64,000 nt of DNA from Candidatus Kryptoniota bacterium (GCA_046706365.1 JBJKPN010000080.1:23644-87643); one strand, 5' to 3'. Shown: positions 36,631-46,373, counted from the stretch's first letter. Program-made: numbers and translations. The notes: generated by a model from the letters alone, not told the origin.

Positions 36631-36840
36631 ATGGTGACATTGACCCAGATTAACGGAGAGGCAATCGTAATCAATGCCGAGCTGATAGAGACGATTGAGC
36701 AGTCTCATGACACGATACTTACTCTCACAACTTCCCGCAAAGTGCGCGTGAAAGAAGGGCTCGAAGACATCATTGAGAAAGTTGTCGAGTACCGGCGGCG
36801 AGTAAATTCGGCCAACCTTGAAGACCGCCTCAGGGGCTAG
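36631..36840 (+). CDS. flbD: Flagellar protein FlbD (SwrD family)
   Basis: MVTLTQINGEAIVINAELIETIEQSHDTILTLTTSRKVRVKEGLEDIIEKVVEYRR matches the FlbD pattern (LTRLNG..F.lN..lIe.IE..PDT.ItL..G.K..VkEs..EV). Confidence 0.9.
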   Translation: MVTLTQINGEAIVINAELIETIEQSHDTILTLTTSRKVRVKEGLEDIIEKVVEYRRRVNSANLEDRLRG

Positions 36841-36902
36841 TCATCTCAATCCTCATTTGTTCTTCGTTTTCTGAAAGCCCTTCCCGGGAATAGCCCCCGA
36901 AT

Positions 36903-36917
36903 AGGCAATTTTTTCGC
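36903..36917 (+). promoter_or_regulatory. Sigma-54-like motif AGGCAA-N5-TCGC
   Basis: GG-N10-GC spacing is correct, but the flanking bases match the TGGCAC-N5-TTGC consensus only partly. Confidence 0.2.
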
Positions 36918-36970
36918 CGGGATTCAGTAGCACGCCAACGTTCAAAAGACCTCTAATAATATTAACCACT

Positions 36971-36986
36971 TGCTCAATATTGAGCA
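36971..36986. promoter_or_regulatory. Perfect 16-bp palindrome TGCTCAATATTGAGCA (possible operator)
   Basis: Exact inverted repeat in the 272-nt flbD-fliL spacer. Confidence 0.3.
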
Positions 36987-37006
36987 GGCGATCCGTCCGG
37001 TCGGGG

Positions 37007-37032
37007 TAAAACCCCTGGAAACACGCCGAATT
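37007..37032 (+). promoter_or_regulatory. Candidate sigma-28 promoter TAAA-N14-GCCGAATT upstream of fliL
   Basis: Close to TAAA-N15-GCCGATAA, about 80 nt upstream of the fliL ATG at 37113. Confidence 0.3.
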
Positions 37033-37112
37033 AGAGGGGTGATGCCGGCATAATGCTTGAGTTTAGTGACACGTGGATTCTAATAAACATCAAGAAGAGG
37101 CTTGATTCGAAA

Positions 37113-37631
37113 ATGTCTGAAGCAACCCAAGAAGTGGCGGAAAAAAAGCCCGCTAAGAAGTCTAAGAAGCTGCTCACAATCGGAATCGTGGTAATGGCGC
37201 AGCTTGTGGTCGCATACTTTCTCGTAGGATTCGTTCTGAAACGGGGGGCCGATCCAAAGCCTGCAGAAGCCGCGACTGCCAGCAAGACGACCGTCGAACA
37301 CAAGAGTGACGGGACGGGCGACCCGAATTTCGATCATGTTTTCGTGGTGAAGGACATGATAGTCAACCCTGCGGGCACAAATGGTCTCCGGTTCCTGCTT
37401 ACCACCATCGGTCTGGAAGTCACATCGGAAACGACGGTCCAGGAGCTCGAGAAGAGGACTGTCCAGATCCACGATGTAATCATCAACATACTTACAAGCA
37501 AGACGCTTCCCGAACTTGACGACATCACATCCAGAGACAGCCTTAAGGTGCAGATCAAGCGGTCGATCAACCATGACCTGACGACGGGCACTGTGCTCAA
37601 CGTGTATTTCAGCAAGTTCATAATTCAATGA
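37113..37631 (+). CDS. fliL: Flagellar basal body-associated protein FliL
   Basis: Lys-rich N-terminus, one TM (LLTIGIVVMAQLVVAYFLVGFVL), and the FliL domain (FVVKDMIVNPAGTNGLRFLLTTIGLEV...LNVYFSKFIIQ). The 37053 start in the ORF track adds an implausible leader. Confidence 0.9.
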   Translation: MSEATQEVAEKKPAKKSKKLLTIGIVVMAQLVVAYFLVGFVLKRGADPKPAEAATASKTTVEHKSDGTGDPNFDHVFVVKDMIVNPAGTNGLRFLLTTIGLEVTSETTVQELEKRTVQIHDVIINILTSKTLPELDDITSRDSLKVQIKRSINHDLTTGTVLNVYFSKFIIQ

Positions 37632-37638
37632 GATAGGA

Positions 37639-38646
37639 ATGCCAGAAGTACTTTCACAATCGGAAATCGACAATCTCCTTGCAGGAATCGGCAAGGATCC
37701 GGCAGCAGGTGCGCAGGAAACGAAAGAGGCTACGAAAGGCGACCGCGATATCCAGAGTTTCGATTTCAGGAGGCCTAACCGCGTATCCAAAAATCAGCTC
37801 AGGATATTTCAGACAGTCCATGAGACTTTTTCCGAAATGTTCGGCTACTATCTCGCTTCCAAGCTGCAGACGCAGGTTTCCATCGCCGTAAGTTCCGTGG
37901 ACCAGCTCTTCTACTCCGAATACCAGCTTTCGATCGGAAGCCCGACTTGTTTGTACGTCTTCAACATCGAAAGCACCGAAGGAAGGGGCGTTCTGGAATT
38001 TTCCCCGACGCTGGTGTTTGCGATCGTGGAGCGCCTGCTTGGCGGAGGAAGCGGCGACCCCGCAAAGAAGCTCAGGGCCGTCACTGAAATCGAGAAGACC
38101 CTCATCAGGGGTACGGTGGACAAATGCCTGCAGGATTTACAGAACGCCTGGAAGTCGGTCAGCGACCTTAAGTTTGCGCTCGACCGTTTCGAAAGCGAAG
38201 CAGACTTTCTGCAGATCGCACCGGCCAGTGAGATAGTACTGGTAGTTTCTTTCGATGTCCAGATATCCAACGGAAGCTATCTCATGAACCTGTGCTTCCC
38301 GACCTTCTCTCTCGAAGACGTGATTCAGCAGATGAACCTGAAGCGCGGTGCACCCGCCGGCCCCAACTCTGGGACGCAGAAATCGAAGTCGGACGCGATC
38401 ACAAGAAGCATATCAACCACCGCTCTTCCCGTAAGCGTCCTGCTCGGAAGGTCGATGGTTCCAATGCGTGACCTTGTCGAGCTTCAGGTCGGAGACGTAG
38501 TGGTCCTCGACACTCGGAAGGACGGTCTCCTCCCGGTGAAGATCGGGAACAGGACGAAGTTCTTTTCAAAGCCCGGCATCCACGACGGGCATAAAGCGGT
38601 AAAAATTATAAGAGGTGCTTCCGAAGAGGAGCAGAGCGGAGAATAA
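37639..38646 (+). CDS. fliM: Flagellar motor switch protein FliM
   Basis: N-terminal CheY-P binding motif LSQSEIDNLL, FliM middle domain, C-terminal SpoA-like domain. Confidence 0.95.
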   Translation: MPEVLSQSEIDNLLAGIGKDPAAGAQETKEATKGDRDIQSFDFRRPNRVSKNQLRIFQTVHETFSEMFGYYLASKLQTQVSIAVSSVDQLFYSEYQLSIGSPTCLYVFNIESTEGRGVLEFSPTLVFAIVERLLGGGSGDPAKKLRAVTEIEKTLIRGTVDKCLQDLQNAWKSVSDLKFALDRFESEADFLQIAPASEIVLVVSFDVQISNGSYLMNLCFPTFSLEDVIQQMNLKRGAPAGPNSGTQKSKSDAITRSISTTALPVSVLLGRSMVPMRDLVELQVGDVVVLDTRKDGLLPVKIGNRTKFFSKPGIHDGHKAVKIIRGASEEEQSGE

Positions 38647-38648
38647 AC

Positions 38649-39023
38649 ATGGCAGAAGAGACGAAACAGGACACCAAGGTCGACGAAGCTGAACAGAACG
38701 CGGTACGTGAGCCGGCGTTCGAAAACCTCGTCGGCGCAAGCCAGGCAGCAGGCGACGATGAAAACAAGATCGAGCTTCTCCTCGATCTCAACCTGGCGGT
38801 TACCGTTGAGCTGGGCAGAACTTCGATGATGATAAAAGACATTCTCGGGCTGGGCCGGGGCTCCATTATAGAATTCGACAAGTTTGTCAGTGAACCGGTC
38901 GACATCCTCGTTAACGGCCGAAAGATGGCCGAAGGCGAAGTTGTCATAGTCGACAAACATTTCGGAATAAGGGTCACGAGCCTCGTCGACCCTTCGCTGC
39001 GGCTGAAAGGACTCAAGAAGTAA
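38649..39023 (+). CDS. fliN: Flagellar motor switch protein FliN
   Basis: SpoA domain LLLDLNLAVTVELGRTSMMIKDILGLGRGSIIEFDKFVSEPVDILVNGRKMAEGEVVIVDKHFGIRV. Confidence 0.93.
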   Translation: MAEETKQDTKVDEAEQNAVREPAFENLVGASQAAGDDENKIELLLDLNLAVTVELGRTSMMIKDILGLGRGSIIEFDKFVSEPVDILVNGRKMAEGEVVIVDKHFGIRVTSLVDPSLRLKGLKK

Positions 39024-39358
39024 TGGATTGGCTCATTGTAAAGACGTTCATGACTATGGTGTTCATCGTGGGACTGATGGTGGTCCTGTTGCTGGTCGTA
39101 AAGAAGTATTTCTACGCCAAGCCGCGCCTGATGAATGATAATATGAAAGTTCTGATGACGATGAACCTGCAGCCGAAGAAGGCGATTTACCTGGTCAACG
39201 TTTTCGGAAGGGTGATGCTCGTCGGCGTAAGTGACAGCACGATTGCGCCGCTTGGGGAGATAACCGATTCCGACGTTCTGCAGAAGATTGAGGCGGCTGG
39301 AGAGGCACACAAGGCAAAAGGGTTCGCAGAGATTTTGAAAGGCTTTTCGCAAAGATGA
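39023..39358 (+). CDS. fliO: Flagellar biosynthesis protein FliO/FliZ
   Basis: Single N-terminal TM, then MKVLMTMNLQPKKAIYLVNVFGRVMLVGVSDSTIAPLGEI. Position before fliP. Confidence 0.8.
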   Translation: MDWLIVKTFMTMVFIVGLMVVLLLVVKKYFYAKPRLMNDNMKVLMTMNLQPKKAIYLVNVFGRVMLVGVSDSTIAPLGEITDSDVLQKIEAAGEAHKAKGFAEILKGFSQR

Positions 39359-40110
39359 AAAAGGTGCTGATTTTCGGAGTGTTGTTCGTGTGCCTCTTCG
39401 CGGTTGTCCCGTCGCTGCACGCGCAGACAACCGTTCCGATACCCAAGGTGACATTTGGGGTCGGAACCGCTTCGAAGCCACAGGACGTTGCAGTTACGCT
39501 CCAGATCCTTTTCTTCATGACTATCCTCAGCCTTGCTCCGGCAATCCTTATAATGACGACGGCTTTTCCGAGGATAATCATCGCCCTCTATTTCCTGAAG
39601 CAGGCGCTCGGGACGCAGAGCATGCCCCCTTCGCAGCTGTTGATCGGTCTCGCACTCTTCCTGACGTTTTTCGTTATGGCGCCAACCTGGAGCAAGGTAA
39701 ACGACGAAGCATTTCAGCCGTACCTCAAGAACAAGATCACTCTTGATTCCGCTTATGCGATCGGGGTGAAGGCGATCAGAGATTTCATGCTGCGCCAGAC
39801 GCGGGAGAAGGATCTCGCTATGATGGTTCACCTCGCACACCTCAAGCGCCCGGAAACTCCGGACGATATTCCGACTTACGTTATCATTCCGGCTTTTGCG
39901 ATAAGCGAGATGCGAATAGGATTCGAAATAGGCTTTCTCATTTTCATCCCGTTCATGATGATAGACATGATTGTGGCAAGCGTGCTCATGTCGATGGGCA
40001 TGATGATGGTCCCGCCGATGATGATTTCCCTCCCGATGAAGATATTGCTGTTCGTTCTTGTCGACGGATGGTATTTGCTCGTCGGTTCACTAGTTCAAGG
40101 ATTCAGGTGA
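39355..40110 (+). CDS. fliP: Flagellar export gate protein FliP
   Basis: Signal peptide followed by LQILFFMTILSLAPAILIMTTAFPRIIIALYFLKQALG and the GFEIGFLIFIPFMMIDMIVASVLMSMGMMM blocks. Confidence 0.96.
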   Translation: MKKVLIFGVLFVCLFAVVPSLHAQTTVPIPKVTFGVGTASKPQDVAVTLQILFFMTILSLAPAILIMTTAFPRIIIALYFLKQALGTQSMPPSQLLIGLALFLTFFVMAPTWSKVNDEAFQPYLKNKITLDSAYAIGVKAIRDFMLRQTREKDLAMMVHLAHLKRPETPDDIPTYVIIPAFAISEMRIGFEIGFLIFIPFMMIDMIVASVLMSMGMMMVPPMMISLPMKILLFVLVDGWYLLVGSLVQGFR

Positions 40111-40117
40111 GAAGGAT

Positions 40118-40384
40118 ATGACACAAGAGTTCGTAATAGGAGTCGTCAGGAACGCGTTCTACACCATTCTTCTGGTATCGGCGCCCGTGCTTGTAGTTTC
40201 CATCGTCGTAGGCCTGATCATCTCGATCTTCCAGGCTGCGACCTCTATTAATGAAATGACGCTTACGTTCGTGCCCAAGATCATCGCGATAGGCATTGTG
40301 TGCATCCTGCTCCTTCCGTTCATGATGCAGAAGTTCATAGGATTCACGAAATACATCTTCGATATAATTCCAAACTTGAGATAG
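40118..40384 (+). CDS. fliQ: Flagellar export gate protein FliQ
   Basis: 88 aa, 2 TM, with LVSAPVLVVSIVVGLIISIFQAATSINEMTLTFVPK. Confidence 0.95.
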   Translation: MTQEFVIGVVRNAFYTILLVSAPVLVVSIVVGLIISIFQAATSINEMTLTFVPKIIAIGIVCILLLPFMMQKFIGFTKYIFDIIPNLR

Positions 40385-40386
40385 GG

Positions 40387-41154
40387 ATGACTTTCTACGC
40401 GGAAAAATTCGTGATTTTCCTCCTGATTTTCATCAGGACGCTTTCAATGTTTACCACGGCGCCCCTGTACGGAAATCAGTCAATCCCCGCGCAAGTGAAA
40501 GTATGGGCGGCGGCGTTTGTTGCGTACGCACTTCTTCCCGTTATCGCCGCGCAGACCGCTCACGTTCCCCTCGATCTCGGATCGCTCATTGTTCTGGCCC
40601 TGCAGGAAATTGTCGTCGGCTCGGTAATAGGTTTTTCAATCGGAATAATTTTTCACGGGGTCGTTTATGCCGGCGAGCTGTTCGGGATTGTGATGGGCTT
40701 TTCAATATCCAGTTTGATCGATCCGCAGAACGGCTTCGACGTTCCGGTGGTTGGGCAGTTCGAGTATATCGTGGCCATCTTCATTTTCCTCATCCTCAAT
40801 GGACATCTTTTCCTTCTTGAAGCCCTGGCGATGAGTTACAGTGCCGTGCCCGTCTCCGGACTTCACATTACCGGATCCGCGGTCACCCTTTTCATTCATA
40901 TGACCGGAGTTGTCTTTGTGGCGGCCATTAAGATAGGCGCTCCGGTAATAATCTCGCTGTTTCTTACGGACGTTCTGATGGGAATAGTCTCCAGAATGGT
41001 TCCTCAGATAAACGTTTTCTTCGTGGGAATGCCGGTCTCAATCGGGGTCGGGATATTCACTCTGATGGCATCGCTGCCGTTCTTCGTGTTCGTTTTCGGC
41101 AAGCTGCTGCAATCGTTCGAGTTCGATGTCGTTCAACTGATAAGGTTAATGTAA
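40387..41154 (+). CDS. fliR: Flagellar export gate protein FliR
   Basis: Polytopic, with FLLIFIRTLSMFTTAPLYG. Start chosen 3 nt after the fliQ stop; the ORF-track start at 40300 lies inside fliQ. Confidence 0.93.
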   Translation: MTFYAEKFVIFLLIFIRTLSMFTTAPLYGNQSIPAQVKVWAAAFVAYALLPVIAAQTAHVPLDLGSLIVLALQEIVVGSVIGFSIGIIFHGVVYAGELFGIVMGFSISSLIDPQNGFDVPVVGQFEYIVAIFIFLILNGHLFLLEALAMSYSAVPVSGLHITGSAVTLFIHMTGVVFVAAIKIGAPVIISLFLTDVLMGIVSRMVPQINVFFVGMPVSIGVGIFTLMASLPFFVFVFGKLLQSFEFDVVQLIRLM

Positions 41155-41155
41155 A

Positions 41156-42241
41156 GTGCCGGAGCAAAGCTTTCAGGATAAGACAGAACCAGCTACGCCT
41201 AAACGGCGTGGCGAAATGCGGCGTGAAGGAAAAGTCCCCAAGAGTATGGAGATACCTTCAGCGGCGGTGCTCATGGCCGCAGTAATCGTCATTTATATGT
41301 TCGGGAGTTCGTTCATAGGTCAGATCGGCAGCGTAATGAAGACCTATCTGACGCTTTCATACGGCAGCGATCTGACCCAGGCAAACGCAGTGAACATTTT
41401 CAATGCGGTCGTTATCCGGTTCGGAATCATCACTGCCCCGATAATCCTGACCATTATGGTCGTTGGCGTCGGTTCAAACGTGGCACAGTTCGGATTCCTT
41501 TTCACGTTCAAGCCGCTCCGGCCGAAGGCGTCGACTATGAATCCCCTTACCGGGATAAAGAAACTCGGATTTTCGCAGCAGGCCTTCATAGAATTGAGCA
41601 AGAGTATTCTGAAAGTCACCCTCGTCGGGATCCTGGGATATGTGGCCGTGAAGGAACTCATATTGAATTCGGTGAAGCTTGTCGACAGCTCTCCTTCCAC
41701 AATCTTCTCTTACATGGGGCATAGTGCATATTCGGTGTCCATTAAGATCGCTGCCGCCTTCCTGTTGCTAGCGGCAATCGACTTTTTCGTTCAGAAGAAG
41801 AAGTTCAATCGCGACATGAGAATGACGAAACAGGAAGTTAAGGAGGAACAGAAGCAGGAGGAGGGCGATCCGCACGTAAAGGGAAGGATCAGGCGCGAAA
41901 TGGTGAAGCGTCACCGGACCAGGATGATGCACGCGGTGCCGAAAGCCGACGTGGTTGTAACGAACCCGACCCACTACGCCATTGCTATCAAGTACGATGC
42001 GGAGGTAATGTCGGCTCCGAAGGTTGTGGCGAAAGGAAAGGACCTTATCGCCCAGAAGATCAAACAAATTGCCACGGAAAACAACGTGCCGATAGTGGAA
42101 GACAAGCCGCTGGCCCAGCTCCTGTACCGCACGGTCGATATCGACGAACAGATACCCCCCGAGCTGTTCAAAGCGGTGGCTCAGATACTTGCATACATTT
42201 ACAGGATGAAGAAAGTAAAATCGGCGTACGGAAGAAACTGA
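41156..42241 (+). CDS. flhB: Flagellar export switch protein FlhB
   Basis: QDKTEPATPKRRGEMRREGKVPKSMEI N-terminus, 4 TM, NPTH autocleavage site (VVVTNPTHYAIAIKY). GTG start. Confidence 0.95.
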   Translation: MPEQSFQDKTEPATPKRRGEMRREGKVPKSMEIPSAAVLMAAVIVIYMFGSSFIGQIGSVMKTYLTLSYGSDLTQANAVNIFNAVVIRFGIITAPIILTIMVVGVGSNVAQFGFLFTFKPLRPKASTMNPLTGIKKLGFSQQAFIELSKSILKVTLVGILGYVAVKELILNSVKLVDSSPSTIFSYMGHSAYSVSIKIAAAFLLLAAIDFFVQKKKFNRDMRMTKQEVKEEQKQEEGDPHVKGRIRREMVKRHRTRMMHAVPKADVVVTNPTHYAIAIKYDAEVMSAPKVVAKGKDLIAQKIKQIATENNVPIVEDKPLAQLLYRTVDIDEQIPPELFKAVAQILAYIYRMKKVKSAYGRN

Positions 42242-42242
42242 T

Positions 42243-44321
42243 ATGGCGACGACAGTAGATAGAATATCCAACAGCAGAGCGTACAAATTCCTGGGAAGCA
42301 ACACGGATCTCGCCCTCGCCGGCCTGGTAATACTGATCCTTGCCATGATGATCGTACCGCTGCCGCCGTTCGTGCTGGACACCCTGATTTCCGCAAACAT
42401 CACTTTCTCTATAGTTCTGCTGATGGTTGCAATGTACGTGACCAGCCCTCTTGATCTCTCCGCTTTCCCGGGTCTTCTTCTGATTCTTACGTTGTTCAGG
42501 CTATCGCTTAACGTCGCATCCGCCAGACTTATCCTCAGCACCGGATATGCCGGTGAGGTAATCCATGCGTTCGGATCGTTCGTCGTGCAGGGGAACTACG
42601 TGGTCGGCGTCATCATCTTCATCATTCTTGCGACGATTCAGTTCGTGGTAATAGTAAAGGGCTCGGGCAGGATCGCGGAAGTCACTGCAAGATTTACTCT
42701 TGACGCGATGCCCGGCAAGCAGATGAGCATAGACGCAGATCTTAACTCGGGATTGATAACCGAGCAGGAAGCTCGTGACCGCCGGATGAGGCTCCAGAAG
42801 GAAGCTGACTTCTTCGGCGCGATGGACGGCGCGAGCAAGTTTGTGAAAGGCGACGCGATAGCGGGAGTTATCATAATCGTCGTCAACATCGTCGGCGGAT
42901 TCATAATCGGAATGGTACAGCAGGGAATGACACTGCAGGAATCTCTGGCTCACTTCACACTGTTGACAATCGGCGACGGCCTCGTAACGCAAATCCCCGC
43001 GCTGGTCATTTCAACCGCGGCGGGCATGGTTGTCACAAGGAGCGCAGCCGGAAACCAGCTCGATGTGGAATTGAAAACCCAGCTCTTCTCGCGACCCAAA
43101 GCTCTTTACATAGCCGGTGGAACGCTCGGCTTCTTCGCGATTATCCCCGGCCTTCCGACTGTACCGTTTCTCGCCCTCGGCTCTATCATGGTAGCCGCGG
43201 GTTACATGCGCACTCAAGTCTCGCAGAAGCCGAAGATGGATGCCGAAACGGAGGAAGCTGATGCCGCAAAGAAAGAGGAAAAGATCGAATCTTACCTGCA
43301 GGTCGACCCGATAGAAGTCGAAATCGGCTACGGGCTTATTTCGATGGTCGATGAGGAAGCGGGAGGTGACCTCTTCCAGCGCATAACGACTTTGAGAAAG
43401 CAAATTGCGCTGGAAATGGGCATAATCGTTCCGCCCATTCGCGTGCGCGACAACCTGCAGCTGCAGCCGAGCCAGTATGTCGTGAAGATAAGGGGAGTAC
43501 AGGTCGCGGGAGGCGAGATCTATGTGGAGCGCTACCTGGCGATGAGTCCCAGCATGAAGGAAGGAGATCTCCCCGGACTTTACGTGACCGACCCGACGTT
43601 CGGGCTGCCGGCCGTGTGGATCGAGAAATCCCAGAGGGACAACGCTGAAGTACTCGGGTTCACCGTCATCGAGGCCGCAGCGGTTCTCTCCACTCATCTC
43701 ACCGAGACTCTCAAGAGAAACGCCGACAGGATATTGAGCAGGCAGGAAGTAAAGACTCTGATAGATAATCTGAAGAAAGAATACCAGGCGCTCGTCGATG
43801 AAATAACTCCCGATGTTCTTCCGATGGGGACGCTTCAAAAGGTCCTTCAGAATCTGCTGAAGGAACGGGTGCCGATTCGGGATCTCGTTACGATAATCGA
43901 GTCGCTTCTGGACTACTCGAAAGTCACCAAGAACCCGGAAGTATTGACGGAATATGTGAGGCACGCTCTTTCGGAAACTATCGCCGCCTTGTTTGCCGAT
44001 CCGTCGGGAGTGATACACGCAATCGCGCTCGATCCCGGCGTGGAACAGATCCTCGCGGCGTCTTTGCAGACACAAAAGGAGATAACAAATACGCTCGGAC
44101 TTTCGCCCGATGTTACCAAGTCTATCAACCAGAGCGTTTCGAAAAACGTAGAACAGGCGCAGACCTTCGGGTATGACCCGATCGTGATCTGCTCCGCGAC
44201 GGTGAGGCTGTATTTCTACAGGCTAATCCATGTAAACTTCCCGCTTGTAGCGGTGACGTCATACACGGAATTGCCGTCGCGCACCGAGATTGACATCATT
44301 GGAAGGATTGTATCACAATGA
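42243..44321 (+). CDS. flhA: Flagellar export gate protein FlhA
   Basis: FHIPEP-family membrane domain (GAMDGASKFVKGDAIAG) plus a cytoplasmic C-domain. Confidence 0.96.
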   Translation: MATTVDRISNSRAYKFLGSNTDLALAGLVILILAMMIVPLPPFVLDTLISANITFSIVLLMVAMYVTSPLDLSAFPGLLLILTLFRLSLNVASARLILSTGYAGEVIHAFGSFVVQGNYVVGVIIFIILATIQFVVIVKGSGRIAEVTARFTLDAMPGKQMSIDADLNSGLITEQEARDRRMRLQKEADFFGAMDGASKFVKGDAIAGVIIIVVNIVGGFIIGMVQQGMTLQESLAHFTLLTIGDGLVTQIPALVISTAAGMVVTRSAAGNQLDVELKTQLFSRPKALYIAGGTLGFFAIIPGLPTVPFLALGSIMVAAGYMRTQVSQKPKMDAETEEADAAKKEEKIESYLQVDPIEVEIGYGLISMVDEEAGGDLFQRITTLRKQIALEMGIIVPPIRVRDNLQLQPSQYVVKIRGVQVAGGEIYVERYLAMSPSMKEGDLPGLYVTDPTFGLPAVWIEKSQRDNAEVLGFTVIEAAAVLSTHLTETLKRNADRILSRQEVKTLIDNLKKEYQALVDEITPDVLPMGTLQKVLQNLLKERVPIRDLVTIIESLLDYSKVTKNPEVLTEYVRHALSETIAALFADPSGVIHAIALDPGVEQILAASLQTQKEITNTLGLSPDVTKSINQSVSKNVEQAQTFGYDPIVICSATVRLYFYRLIHVNFPLVAVTSYTELPSRTEIDIIGRIVSQ

Positions 44322-45574
44322 GAATCAAGAAGTTTACCGGGGCAACCGCCAAAGAGGCCGCCGACAGTATGAGACGGGAATTCGGTGAAGATGCAGTCAT
44401 ACTCAACACACGAAGGGTGACTAAAGGCGGGCTCCTCGGCATAGGAGGCGGGGAATATTTCGAGGTCACAGCCGCTTACGACGAAGCCCCGGTCAATGCG
44501 CCGTCGAAGCTGCCTCCCGGTCAAAAACCCGTCAGCATCGACCAGAAGGAAGATGTTTTGAACGGTCTCCGGCAGCTCACCTCGAGTTTTGAGGAGAGAA
44601 GGAAGGTCGAGCCGCCGCAGAGGCCTGCACCGCCGCGTCCGGCTAAACAGCCGCAGAATTATGACAGCGAGATCCTCAAGCAGGAGCTCAGCGATGTAAA
44701 GAGCGCCCTCGGAGAGATCGCGCAGCATATCAAGCATTCGAAGATGCCGGTTCTTTCGGAGAGTCTCAAGAACGTTTACTCCTCCCTTCTCGAGACCGAA
44801 GTCGAAGAAGAAATCGCGCTTGAGATAGTGCAGTTGTGTAATCACAAGCTCGGCGGCGCCGAGATAGACAACCAGCTGTCGGTCGACAAATTCGTCGCGA
44901 AGTCGATAGCCCAGCGGATAACGGAAGCTCCCGTCAGGCGGGGCGGCAGGAAGGGTTACGTCATCGCGCTGGTCGGACCGACGGGTGTCGGCAAGACGAC
45001 GACGATAGCAAAACTTGCGTCGATTGCGAAGCTGGTAAGAGGCGAGCGGGTGGCTCTCATTACGGCGGATACGTATCGCATCGGGGCGATAGATCAACTG
45101 AAAGCCTTCGCCGACATAGCTTCCATCCCGATGGCCGTTGTGTACACGCCGGATGAGATGATAGCGGCAATAAGAAAATTTTCCAGTTACGATACGATTT
45201 ATATAGACACGGTCGGACGGAGCCAGCGAAGCTCTGACAAGATTGTGGAGCTCTGCAGGTTCATCGATGCTTCCGATCCGAACGAAGTTCACCTGGTTAT
45301 CAGCGCCAACTTCTCGCTGGCAACCGCCCGCGACGTGTACAAGAAGTTCAAGAGCTTGAAACCCAACAGATTGCTAATCACAAAGACAGATGAAGCCGTA
45401 TCGCTGGGTATGCTTCTCAGCCTGGCCCGCGAATCGAGACTCCCATTTTCCTTTCTCACAACCGGGCAGAGCGTCCCCGACGATATCGAACCCGCTTCAG
45501 GGAATCACCTCGCAAACATGATCTATCCAGTTGGATCACTTCGTGACAAAATCGGAGTCGAAACGAATGCTTGA
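44318..45574 (+). CDS. flhF: Flagellar SRP-type GTPase FlhF
   Basis: MRIKKFTGATAKEA B-domain start; G1 GPTGVGKTTTIAKLA, DTVGR, TKTDE. Confidence 0.95.
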   Translation: MRIKKFTGATAKEAADSMRREFGEDAVILNTRRVTKGGLLGIGGGEYFEVTAAYDEAPVNAPSKLPPGQKPVSIDQKEDVLNGLRQLTSSFEERRKVEPPQRPAPPRPAKQPQNYDSEILKQELSDVKSALGEIAQHIKHSKMPVLSESLKNVYSSLLETEVEEEIALEIVQLCNHKLGGAEIDNQLSVDKFVAKSIAQRITEAPVRRGGRKGYVIALVGPTGVGKTTTIAKLASIAKLVRGERVALITADTYRIGAIDQLKAFADIASIPMAVVYTPDEMIAAIRKFSSYDTIYIDTVGRSQRSSDKIVELCRFIDASDPNEVHLVISANFSLATARDVYKKFKSLKPNRLLITKTDEAVSLGMLLSLARESRLPFSFLTTGQSVPDDIEPASGNHLANMIYPVGSLRDKIGVETNA

Positions 45575-46373
45575 TCAGGCAGTGAAACTCAGAGAAGTGG
45601 TAGAAGCACAGACGAAAGTCGTGCCGATAGGGAAACTGCCGTATAAGATAACCGTCGCAAGCGGCAAGGGAGGGGTCGGCAAGAGCATTATCGCCCTGAA
45701 CCTGGGAATTGCCCTGGCCAGGGGCGGAGCCCGTGTACTCCTGATCGACGGAAACGTGAATCTATCGAACCTCGACATCCTTTCCGGTGTCTCCCCGTCG
45801 TACCGTCTCTTTGACGTGATCGACGGTACTTCGAGACTCAAGGATGCAGTTCAGGAAATTTCGCCGAACGTGTTCCTGCTGGCCGGGACGTCGGACGGTA
45901 AGCTTAAAAGGCTCGGCTCTGGCGATGCGGCAGTCCTGTTCAGGGAGGTCGGATCCATGGAGCCCCTTTTCCAGTATGCAGTGATCGACACCGCCGGAGG
46001 AATCATCCAGGAATCGATCTCGCTCGCACTTCTTTCGGATGAGGTCCTTGTCGTATCCACGCCTGAGCCGACTGCCGTCATGGATGCCTACGTGCTGGTA
46101 AAGGCTATAAAGAGGATAAACTCAAGCGCGAGCCTGAAGCTTCTGATAAACAATGCGAAAGGCCGCGAGGAAGCCGAAGACGTCAGGACTAAATTCGACC
46201 TCGTCAGCGAACATTTCCTCAATCTGAAGATCGATTATGCCGGGTTCATACCTTCCGACAAATCTATGGAACAGGCGGTCAACGTTCAGACTCCGCTGAT
46301 GGAGGAGTTTCCCGATGCGCCGGCATCCCGTGCGATTGAAATGATTGCTGAAACTATAGCGAAGAGAAAATAA
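45567..46373 (+). CDS. flhG: MinD/ParA-type flagellar number regulator FlhG (YlxH/FleN)
   Basis: Deviant Walker A ASGKGGVGKS. Position after flhF. Start chosen at the ATG overlapping the flhF stop; the ORF track begins at 45531. Confidence 0.9.
   Translation: MLDQAVKLREVVEAQTKVVPIGKLPYKITVASGKGGVGKSIIALNLGIALARGGARVLLIDGNVNLSNLDILSGVSPSYRLFDVIDGTSRLKDAVQEISPNVFLLAGTSDGKLKRLGSGDAAVLFREVGSMEPLFQYAVIDTAGGIIQESISLALLSDEVLVVSTPEPTAVMDAYVLVKAIKRINSSASLKLLINNAKGREEAEDVRTKFDLVSEHFLNLKIDYAGFIPSDKSMEQAVNVQTPLMEEFPDAPASRAIEMIAETIAKRK

Noticed and set aside
38606-39481. 291-aa minus-strand ORF opposite fliN/fliO/fliP
   Set aside because: It is a shadow ORF crossing three real gene boundaries, with no RBS and no motifs.
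40300-40386. Upstream extensions of the ORF-track entries for fliR (40300), fliW (60572) and fliL (37053)
   Set aside because: The extensions run inside the preceding genes or add non-homologous leaders. Internal ATGs with an RBS reproduce the canonical N-termini.
43011-45292. Two long minus-strand ORFs (354 aa and 358 aa) opposite flhA and flhF
   Set aside because: They are Arg/Leu/Gly-rich products without motifs and lie entirely inside well-supported plus-strand genes. These are shadow ORFs.
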